From: Bacillales bacterium UBA4691
Lineage (GTDB): Bacteria; Bacillota_I; Bacilli_A; RFN20; CAG-826
Direction of reading: 5' to 3'
Length of the DNA: 64,000 bases
Assembly: GCA_002404865.1 (NCBI GenBank)
Contig: DHKP01000028.1
Span: 34,809-98,808 of the forward strand
Shown here piece by piece: positions 20,101-26,879 of this stretch. The notes below the pieces were generated by a model. It was not told the DNA's origin. It did no database searches and saw only the letters and a program-made list of their open reading frames with translations. Each line of letters begins with the position of its first letter. Position 1 is the stretch's first letter. Position numbers and translations under genes: made by a program.

Positions 20101-20192
20101 TGGTTAATGGCGAATGCTATTTCATGGTCAGCCGTTGGGATGTTAAGAGCCAAATCGCAAAAGTTACTTTCGACACATCTATTCTTGGCTAA
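17103..20192 (+). CDS. Large TM-anchored surface protein: Ig-like repeats, a CBM-like region and a duplicated beta-rich C-terminal module; function unknown
   Basis: 1029 aa with an N-terminal signal-anchor LSIGALSVALLATVGTVFSV. Starts 2 nt after the GH3 stop and has an AAGGAG RBS. Carries recurrent xYxYVF/YFTMVRW strand motifs. Confidence 0.8.
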   Translation: MKEKNKKLSLIKGLSIGALSVALLATVGTVFSVSYSSWQSYYETMVKEKEQYEKEHAPEVTTMKGISVKIKDGVGFYKNGKAKAIKSNFVVEGLYTIGNEVNQRDYTEELSDYTIEAPEDFTEKGGDVVFHYLKQEAEVDENGNEKKDEEGNVILKTVYDFTETITIDLVDVKPALVSITHNPYIVAYAEGDRFNRDGLAADIINNDGSTYAENVSLSLLSFPTNRLTLETTSVKVGFKFGESDEDVAYGEIPVKVMPKDEFTNGELESFTIEGDNVLEAGSSLNSYKPLVYGTYSSGNRILLSESQYKLSGLTGDAEFGKNYFITIASTENPNIISRVSLKTMKNLSTSEATVSGATKYEGYVKDFDNNDYIEFAYNSEKEEVVKFILDMSNGFFEFANNKFVTKGIDFSDFAYISINGNIKDTSFTFLGGGAFDYLSDAYANYQKVELGAYRIKKGENKIRVTFKESNTGKTSAFGEYVAGAISKLTITPNSSSQEHSIFGEYFNENANPTLSISQNTTWNNDLAWVYASTSDGEYTYFYSCKPGSSNVSIIKYDLNSNRVVASSAFFTLLNEDHTPLFIKDGYIYTTNNDGMFLRLPISFIGFGTAKFEVLPKLAFENVADNKKIKSAYFNQSTRQYALLLDSGLSYFDANGKHLYGAKSFKNGVKVTGDDSYLYVFTNKSNGAISPSIQIYNWAGEPIKTINPTNTIETMGIEKEKKGSTNVQSIVAMNGNLYFTMVRWSGGNNSSVYKITAAGESGASESVERLGLYEYISSCTQKDVSPKFNSSLFSDKVVQSQMDMYAHGICSDEENLYITTNVVSGDTVVKKFSLATGEYLGKTASFKRKEIWANSDYLMYKDGYVYVFSDDGVRRVNASDITVDNAPSFETNALTIEGIDGAKAGAYNATVNKMAIMANGKLNIIGGKSLKVEKSVSASSGLGMASDANYIYVFFEEKAVGVTAKFSVYDWSGNLIKANQEIKGISSEVITASNNVQGMAMVNGECYFMVSRWDVKSQIAKVTFDTSILG

Positions 20193-20205
20193 TAAGCCAT
20201 AAACA

Positions 20206-20246
20206 AAAGGTTGCTAATGACATTTTGCTTCTTAGCAACCTTTTTC
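20206..20246 (+). terminator. Rho-independent terminator of the GH3 operon
   Basis: AAAGGTTGCTAA ... TTAGCAACCTTT (12-bp arms) followed by TTTCT. Confidence 0.8.
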
Positions 20247-20391
20247 TGGCTCTGTGAAATCTAATGGGGATGGTGTGAATGAGACTTGCCAAATCTAAAG
20301 TAATCATTGGGGACGGTTATTTCTAATAATCCCAATAAATGCTACAAAGCTTTTACCAGTGTTTTTAGCGATTTTGTTTAAGCAATAGCTA

Positions 20392-22980
20392 CTATATCTT
20401 TGCTTTATATCCAACGTCTTCAATTGCTTTGATGAGCTTTTCGTTTGGAATGCCTTTGCTTAAATCAACAATCGCTTGTTTGTCTTTTAGCGATACGCTT
20501 GCGTTAACGACCCCATCAACGCTTTCTAATGCACTTTTTACGTGACTCACGCAGTGCTCGCACATCATTCCTTCAATAGTGATTTCAACTTTCATGTTTT
20601 TATTCTCCTTATCAATGCTATTCATTATTATTGGGCATGCCTCATTCGTTAAAAACGAGGGCAATGGCTTTGGATTTTTCTTGCGGTCTCTATCTTTATA
20701 TGGATTAAACAAATTTAATCGCAAGGCATTTAAAACAACCGTGACGCTAGATAAGCTCATCGCGGCAGCGCCCATCCAAGGACGTAACTTCGCTAAGCCA
20801 AACGCTGAGAATACGCCTGCGGCGATAGGGATCATAATTAAGTTATAAATAAACGCCCAGAAAAGATTCTCTTTTATATTATGGTACGTGGCTTTTGAAA
20901 TCCGAATTGCCGCAACGGCGTCCATTAAGCTGGATTTCATTAAGACGATATCGCTAGAATCGATAGCAATGTCGCTTCCTGCTCCGATGGCGATACCAAC
21001 ATCCGCCTCTGTTAAAGAAACCGCATCGTTAATGCCGTCTCCTATCATCGCGACTTTGCCGTTTTCTTTAAGGCGCTTTATTACGTTTTGCTTATCTATT
21101 GGTAAACAAGAAGCGATAACGCCTTTAATGCCGACTTCCATAGCGATGGAACGCGCGGTTATTTCGTTATCCCCTGTTAGCATAACCGGAGTAATTCCCA
21201 TTTCCATAAATTCTTTGATGGCAATTTTGGAATCTTCTTTGATGACGTCGCTGACGGCAATCACACCAAGGAAATGCTTGTTTTTTGCAAATAATAGAGG
21301 GGTTTTTCCTTCTAGCGACAAATTATCAATCATTGCTTGCTCTTTTACGCCGATAATTCCTTTTTCCTTAAAAAAGAGCGGAGATCCAGCAAGATATTCA
21401 TCATTTCCGATAGAAGCGAGTAATCCGCTTCCAGGTAAGTTTTGAAAGGCATTCGTTTTTAATAAAGCGATGTTTCTTTCTTTCGCTTCTTCCTTGACGG
21501 CGATAGCGAGAGGATGAGAAGAATTCGCTTCAATGGAGGCGGCGATTTGCAAGAGATCGAACTCGATAACTTGACTAGGAATGATATTGGTTACTTTTGG
21601 TTTCCCTTGCGTGATGGTCCCTGTTTTATCCAAAACGACGAAATCGATTTTACCCGCTTCTTCTAGAGCCCGTGCGTTTTTGAATAAGATCCCTTTTCTT
21701 GCCGCTAAGCCGTTTCCAACCATAATTGCGACTGGTGTAGCAAGCCCTAAAGCACATGGGCAAGAGATAACAAGGATTGAAATCGCTCTTTCTAGGGAAT
21801 AAGAAAGAAGCGTTACCTCATCCAATGAGCTTACGAAATTTTGCCCAAAAATCATCCAGAAAATGAAAGTGATCAAAGAGACTAACAAAACGATTGGGAC
21901 GAATATTCCTGCAATTTTGTCAGTAATCTCGGATATCTTTGTTTTTGTGCCGCTAGAAGCTTCTACCATCTTAATGATTTGGCTTAATGTTGTCTCTTCT
22001 CCTACGCGCGTTGCTTCGCAGATGAGTGCTCCGTTTTGGTTGATGGTCGCGGTACTTACTTTATCGCCTATTTTTTTATCTACTGGCAAAGATTCCCCTG
22101 TTAGAGGCGATTCGTCAACTGCGCTTTCGCCCTTTTTGATCGTTCCGTCTACTGGAATGCTTTCCCCAGGTTTCACTAAGAAAAGGTCGCCAACTTTTAA
22201 AGAACTTGCTAAAACAGTTTTTTCTTCATCATCGATCAATAGATGCGCTTCTTTTGGCGCTAAATCGAGCAGGCCTTTTAAGGCGCTTGTGGTTTTGCCT
22301 TTGCTATAGGATTCAAGCGTTTTTCCAATCGTAATTAAGGCTGGAACCATACCGCTTGTTTCAAAAGAGAGGTTCATCGCATCCCTCATTAAAGAATTCA
22401 TATTCATGCTTAGGGCATCTCTACCCATCAAGTAGAGCATCGCAACGCTATAAATCCAAGCGATCCCTGAGCCTAGCATCACAAGCGTATCCATATTTGG
22501 AGAACGACGGTATAGCGCTTTTGATCCAGATAAGAAGAATTCATGATTAATGAGCATAATCGCTAAAGACAAAAGCATCTCGGTTAAGCCTAGATAGATT
22601 GGATTGTCATTAAAAACGCCTAATGGCCAGCTTAACATATATCCCGTCCCTAAATAAAATAGAGGAACGAGTAAAATGAATGAGGCGATTAGTCGTTTTG
22701 CTAGCAGCGGCGTTTCTTTATCGAGAAAGCGATCATCTTCGATTGATGTTTTTTCCTCTTTCCTATTTGCTAGGGTAGCCTTATACCCGGCTTTTTGAAT
22801 CGCTTCGATGATTAAAGAAGGGGTAGCAGGGCCTTTGTAGCTAACTAACATTGAGTTCATAAGAAGATTCACGGAGACGTCAGTGACGCCTTTTACGCTT
22901 TTGGCGGCCCTTTCTACTGCGTTAGCGCAACTAGCGCAGCTCATTCCGCTAATATCGTATTTCTCGTTTTCCATAATCAT
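20392..22980 (-). CDS. copA: Copper-translocating P1B-type ATPase with N-terminal and C-terminal HMA domains
   Basis: Motifs GMSCASC, CPC, DKTGTIT, TGDN and GDGINDA, plus a C-terminal [18 protein letters not shown] domain. The ATG overlaps the csoR stop (ATGA). Confidence 0.95.
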   Translation of the reverse strand: MIMENEKYDISGMSCASCANAVERAAKSVKGVTDVSVNLLMNSMLVSYKGPATPSLIIEAIQKAGYKATLANRKEEKTSIEDDRFLDKETPLLAKRLIASFILLVPLFYLGTGYMLSWPLGVFNDNPIYLGLTEMLLSLAIMLINHEFFLSGSKALYRRSPNMDTLVMLGSGIAWIYSVAMLYLMGRDALSMNMNSLMRDAMNLSFETSGMVPALITIGKTLESYSKGKTTSALKGLLDLAPKEAHLLIDDEEKTVLASSLKVGDLFLVKPGESIPVDGTIKKGESAVDESPLTGESLPVDKKIGDKVSTATINQNGALICEATRVGEETTLSQIIKMVEASSGTKTKISEITDKIAGIFVPIVLLVSLITFIFWMIFGQNFVSSLDEVTLLSYSLERAISILVISCPCALGLATPVAIMVGNGLAARKGILFKNARALEEAGKIDFVVLDKTGTITQGKPKVTNIIPSQVIEFDLLQIAASIEANSSHPLAIAVKEEAKERNIALLKTNAFQNLPGSGLLASIGNDEYLAGSPLFFKEKGIIGVKEQAMIDNLSLEGKTPLLFAKNKHFLGVIAVSDVIKEDSKIAIKEFMEMGITPVMLTGDNEITARSIAMEVGIKGVIASCLPIDKQNVIKRLKENGKVAMIGDGINDAVSLTEADVGIAIGAGSDIAIDSSDIVLMKSSLMDAVAAIRISKATYHNIKENLFWAFIYNLIMIPIAAGVFSAFGLAKLRPWMGAAAMSLSSVTVVLNALRLNLFNPYKDRDRKKNPKPLPSFLTNEACPIIMNSIDKENKNMKVEITIEGMMCEHCVSHVKSALESVDGVVNASVSLKDKQAIVDLSKGIPNEKLIKAIEDVGYKAKI

Positions 22981-23273
22981 TGTAGCCTCTTAATGATTTC
23001 AAACACTTCGTCAATCGCCTCGTCTTTGCCTTCGAGGACGCTTTCTTTTACACATGTGTTCATATGCGTTTTCAAAATGAGATATCCAACCGACTTAAGC
23101 GCTTTTTCAATCGCGGCGATTTGGTTTAAGATATCTCCGCAATAACGGTTCTCATCGAGCATTTTCCCGATTCCCTTCATTTGCCCAACGAGGCGATTAA
23201 CCCTTGTTTTTAATGCTTTAAGTTCACTAGGATCCCGTTCCCTAATGCGACTATGTTGGTGACAGCACTCCAT
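22977..23273 (-). CDS. csoR: CsoR-family copper-sensing repressor
   Basis: 98 aa with [32 protein letters not shown]...HMNTCV (C-H-C ligand pattern). Confidence 0.9.
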   Translation of the reverse strand: MECCHQHSRIRERDPSELKALKTRVNRLVGQMKGIGKMLDENRYCGDILNQIAAIEKALKSVGYLILKTHMNTCVKESVLEGKDEAIDEVFEIIKRLQ

Positions 23274-23300
23274 AAAATTATCTCCCTTTCAGGCAATAAA

Positions 23301-23326
23301 ATATACCCTATGGGGGTATATATCAA
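23301..23326 (-). promoter_or_regulatory. CsoR operator (ATATACCC-N5-GGGTATAT) within the csoR-copA promoter spacer
   Basis: The GC-core palindrome ATACCCTATGGGGGTAT resembles the known Bacillus CsoR operator. On the minus strand it sits between TTGATA (-35) and TATTTT (-10). Confidence 0.75.
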
Positions 23327-23353
23327 GCAAGATGCTTTATTCATCATTTCCCA

Positions 23354-24199
23354 ATGAGTAAAATAGGTGCCATGAAAAGCGAAAAGATTAATTTTGATGG
23401 GCTCATGAATTGTCGTGATTTAGGGGGATTCACTGGCCTAAATAATAAGAAAACGGTTTATAAGAAAGTCTATCGGAGCGACTCCCTCGACCGTCTTACA
23501 AAGAAGGACGTTGATATTCTCTCTAAGGAGCTTCATGTTCGTTACGATATCGATTTAAGAGCCCCTTTAGAAAGCGTTATTTTTCCTGATACGAAGATTC
23601 CGGGCGCCGAATATTTGTCTCTTCCTACCCAAGGGCGAGATTTTATCGTGAATAATGAAAATCATAAACCCTACGATTTAGGCGATATTAACTTGAATCG
23701 GAACGTTAATTTTTTGTTCCATTGGGACAAAAATGGATCGAGTTTAGAAGCCATGAAAAGGAATTATCGAGCAAGAATCATTGATGAAGAAGCAAAACGC
23801 AGTTACGCAAAATTCTTCTCTTTGCTTGCGAATTTAGAAGATGGGGCGGTACTTTTCCATTGCCATGATGGGAAAGATAGAACTGGGGTTGTGACGATGC
23901 TTTATTTAGGGATACTTGGAGTATCTAGCGAAGATATCTTAGAGGATTATCTAGCCACGAATATTTACGTAAAAAAGAAAATTGAGGCAAGGAAAAAGTA
24001 TTTCGATGAAGCCATACACTTATCGAAGAGCGATCCGATGTATGAATCTTTACTGCTTCTTACGGGTGTCCATAAAAGCTGGCTACTTGAAGCGATGGAT
24101 GAAGTGAATAAGCTTGGTGGTTATGAAGAATACCTTCTTCATGAGGCGAATGTGAGTAAAGAAACGATCGAGCGTGTCCGCAATAAATATCTCCAATAA
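23354..24199 (+). CDS. Cysteine-dependent (tyrosine/dual-specificity-like) phosphatase
   Basis: CX5R P-loop HCHDGKDRTG and an N-terminal NCRDLGG motif. Confidence 0.8.
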   Translation: MSKIGAMKSEKINFDGLMNCRDLGGFTGLNNKKTVYKKVYRSDSLDRLTKKDVDILSKELHVRYDIDLRAPLESVIFPDTKIPGAEYLSLPTQGRDFIVNNENHKPYDLGDINLNRNVNFLFHWDKNGSSLEAMKRNYRARIIDEEAKRSYAKFFSLLANLEDGAVLFHCHDGKDRTGVVTMLYLGILGVSSEDILEDYLATNIYVKKKIEARKKYFDEAIHLSKSDPMYESLLLLTGVHKSWLLEAMDEVNKLGGYEEYLLHEANVSKETIERVRNKYLQ

Positions 24200-24226
24200 T
24201 CGTTCCTAAATTATTTTGGTTTGGTT

Positions 24227-24259
24227 AAAAAACTGCCCATATTTCTACGAGCAGTTTTT
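24227..24259. terminator. Bidirectional terminator between convergent genes
   Basis: AAAAAACTGC-N14-GCAGTTTTT. Confidence 0.5.
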
Positions 24260-24278
24260 GTATTTGAGAATTAATTGA

Positions 24279-25157
24279 TTAAGCCTTATCGACGCTTCCG
24301 AAGAGTTTCATCTTCTCTTCGACTTTCGCGCAGATGGCATTGAATCCTGGCTTTAAGATCTTGCGAGGATCGTATCCTTTTTCAAGGTTATCGGCAGTTG
24401 GATTTGCCTTTCCGCTTGCGCAATAATCGATTGTCGCTTGGGCGAAAACGAGTTGGCAATCGGTATTGACGTTGATTTTGCTCACGCCGTTTTTGATGGC
24501 GTGGACGATTTGATCATCAGGGATTCCGGTTCCGCCATGTAAGACAAGAGGAATACCGCCGGTGGCCTTGTTGATTTCTTCAAGCGCATCGAAATGGAGA
24601 CCTTTCCAGTCTTCTGGATAGATACCATGGATATTTCCGATGCCAGCGGCTAAGAAATCGATCCCAAGATCAACGATTTTTTTGCATTCTTTTGGATCAG
24701 CGACTTCTCCATCCGCGGTGACGCCATCTTCGGTTCCGCCGATTGCGCCGACTTCCGCTTCAATGGATAAACCTTTATCGTGAGCTAACGCGACGAGCTC
24801 AGTGGTCTTTTTGATATTTTCTTCGAACGGGAGAGAAGAACCATCGAACATAATGGAAGTGAATCCGGCATCAATGCACTCTTTTGCGGCTTCATAGGTG
24901 CCGTGGTCAAGGTGAAGAACGACTGGGACGGTGATGCCAAGGCTTTCGTCCATGGCTCTTACCATCGCGGCAACGGTTTTAAAACCTGCCATATATTTAC
25001 CAGCCCCACAGCTAACGCCTAGAATCACTGGCGAATTGAGCTTTTGGGCGGTGAGAAGGACGGCTTTCGTCCATTCAAGGTTGTTGATGTTGAATTGCCC
25101 AACGGCGTAGTGTCCGTCGCGAGCGAGTTTCAACATTCTTGTAGCATTTACTAACAT
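24279..25157 (-). CDS. fba: Class II fructose-1,6-bisphosphate aldolase
   Basis: 292 aa with VVLHLDHG, GIPLVLHGGTG and SKINVNTD. Confidence 0.92.
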   Translation of the reverse strand: MLVNATRMLKLARDGHYAVGQFNINNLEWTKAVLLTAQKLNSPVILGVSCGAGKYMAGFKTVAAMVRAMDESLGITVPVVLHLDHGTYEAAKECIDAGFTSIMFDGSSLPFEENIKKTTELVALAHDKGLSIEAEVGAIGGTEDGVTADGEVADPKECKKIVDLGIDFLAAGIGNIHGIYPEDWKGLHFDALEEINKATGGIPLVLHGGTGIPDDQIVHAIKNGVSKINVNTDCQLVFAQATIDYCASGKANPTADNLEKGYDPRKILKPGFNAICAKVEEKMKLFGSVDKA

Positions 25158-25244
25158 GATTGAGAACCTCCAAGTTCCAAAGAATATTATTCCTTTCTCT
25201 CACTTTCTTTGCAACTCTATCGACTTACTTCTAAAATAAATCGT

Positions 25245-25940
25245 ATGGATTTTAGTGGTTGGGAAAAACTTTCTCTTGTCGATTACGATGACCGTATCGC
25301 GACAACTCTATTTGTAGCGGGCTGCAATTTGCGTTGCCCGTTTTGTCATAATAGCGAGCTTGTATTGCATCCAAAGAATAATCCTACGATTTCTTGGGAA
25401 GAGATAATGGAATATCTTGAGCGGAGAAAAGGCGTGCTAGATGCAGTAGTTATCACAGGCGGAGAGCCGACACTGATGAATGACCTCATCGAGAAGATGC
25501 AAGATATTAAAAAACTCGGCTATTTAATTAAATTGGATACCAATGGCACAAATCCAGATTTATTGATGGATTTATCTAATCTAGGGTTAGTGGACTATAT
25601 TGCCATGGATATTAAGAATTCTTTGCCAAAATATGGCGTTACCTCTGGGAAGCCATTGCTTGACACTTCTAAGATAGAAGAATCGATTCGCTTTTTGCTT
25701 AATGGCGTGATCGATTATGAATTCCGAACCACAATCATTGATGAATTCCATACTAGTTTAGATATGGAACGAATCGGGCAATTGATTGAAGGGGCAAAAC
25801 GTTATTACCTTCAACGCTATATCGATAATGAGTATTGCATTGAGCATGGCTATCATGAAGTTTCAAAAGAAAAGGCTCTTGTTTTCAAAGCAATCGTAAG
25901 CAAATACGTTAAACAAGTATCTTTGCGCGGCTATGAATAA
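25245..25940 (+). CDS. nrdG: Anaerobic ribonucleoside-triphosphate reductase activating protein (radical SAM)
   Basis: CNLRCPFCHN cluster and VITGGEPTL. The ATG at 25245 is preferred over the TTG at 25209, but the start is uncertain. Confidence 0.85.
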   Translation: MDFSGWEKLSLVDYDDRIATTLFVAGCNLRCPFCHNSELVLHPKNNPTISWEEIMEYLERRKGVLDAVVITGGEPTLMNDLIEKMQDIKKLGYLIKLDTNGTNPDLLMDLSNLGLVDYIAMDIKNSLPKYGVTSGKPLLDTSKIEESIRFLLNGVIDYEFRTTIIDEFHTSLDMERIGQLIEGAKRYYLQRYIDNEYCIEHGYHEVSKEKALVFKAIVSKYVKQVSLRGYE

Positions 25941-25969
25941 AAAATAACGCTAGCTGACCTAGCGTTATT
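25941..25969. terminator. Bidirectional hairpin between nrdG and the trxB-like gene
   Basis: AAATAACGCTAG-CTGAC-CTAGCGTTATTT. It overlaps the stop codon of the minus-strand gene. Confidence 0.7.
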
Positions 25970-26879
25970 TGATGGAATATAAGTATTTATTTGCGCTTAA
26001 GCTCGCAATCGCGCCATCTCCGCATGCGGTAGTGAGTTGACGCACTTTTTTATCGGTGCAATCGCCAGCGGCAAATAGCCCTTTCGTCTTTGTGCTCTTG
26101 TCTTCATCCACTTTGATGAAACCGTGATTCAATTCGACTAAATTTGAGAATCTAACGTTATCAGGAACTTGCCCAATCGCAACAAACGCGGCTTTTGCTG
26201 GGATTTCTATCATTTCTTTGCTTATCGTATTTTCATAGCGGACTGCCGTTAAGGAAGTCCCATCCCCGATAAATTCTTTTGAATTCATATTGTGATAAAC
26301 GGTTACGTTCTTTAAAGAAAGAAGCGCACTAACGAGAACTTCATCCGCGAAAAAGCGATCGAATAAAGTAACGATATTGACATGGGAACAAATGCTAGCG
26401 AGCATCAAGGCGTATTGGAGAGCGCTATTGGCGTCCCCGATGACGGTTACGTCTTGATTGCTATAGAAGGCCCCGTCGCATACGGCGCAATAGGAAATTC
26501 CGTGCCCTAAATATTTGTCTTCGCCCTCGATATTCAAATGACGATGTTTGACGCCTGTTGCGATAATGACGGCCTTTGCCTTGTATTCGGCATATTGGCC
26601 TTTAATGATAAAGGTATCGCCTTCTTTTTGAATGGATAACGCTTCATCGAGTTCGAAAGCCCCGCCTAAAGCGCTATATTGCTCAAACATATTATTTGAG
26701 AGTTCTAGCCCGCTGATGGATGCAATGCTTGGGAAATTCTCAACGCGAGGAGAATCTGCGATTTGGCCTCCAATCGCTTCTTTTTCGAGCAAGGTAACGC
26801 TTCTGCCTGCTCTAAGAGCATAAAGACCTGCCGTTAAAGCAGCAGGTCCTCCACCGATGATAATGATATCAGGCGACAT
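25965..26879 (-). CDS. Thioredoxin reductase-like flavoprotein with degenerate NADPH-binding motifs
   Basis: FAD fold IIIIGGGPAALTAG and redox CAVCDG. The usual GGGDSA is GDANSA and HRRxxFR is FDRFFAD. The start was set to MSPDIIII, overlapping the nrdD 3' end by 11 nt. Confidence 0.8.
   Translation of the reverse strand: MSPDIIIIGGGPAALTAGLYALRAGRSVTLLEKEAIGGQIADSPRVENFPSIASISGLELSNNMFEQYSALGGAFELDEALSIQKEGDTFIIKGQYAEYKAKAVIIATGVKHRHLNIEGEDKYLGHGISYCAVCDGAFYSNQDVTVIGDANSALQYALMLASICSHVNIVTLFDRFFADEVLVSALLSLKNVTVYHNMNSKEFIGDGTSLTAVRYENTISKEMIEIPAKAAFVAIGQVPDNVRFSNLVELNHGFIKVDEDKSTKTKGLFAAGDCTDKKVRQLTTACGDGAIASLSANKYLYSIK

Noticed and set aside
20579-22550. Several plus-strand ORFs (20579-20848, 20888-21445, 21581-21802, 21863-22309, 22356-22550) antisense to copA
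   Set aside because: They lie entirely inside a strongly supported P-type ATPase CDS. Their composition is the Ser/Pro/Ile-rich mirror of the sense frame, and they have no RBS or motifs.
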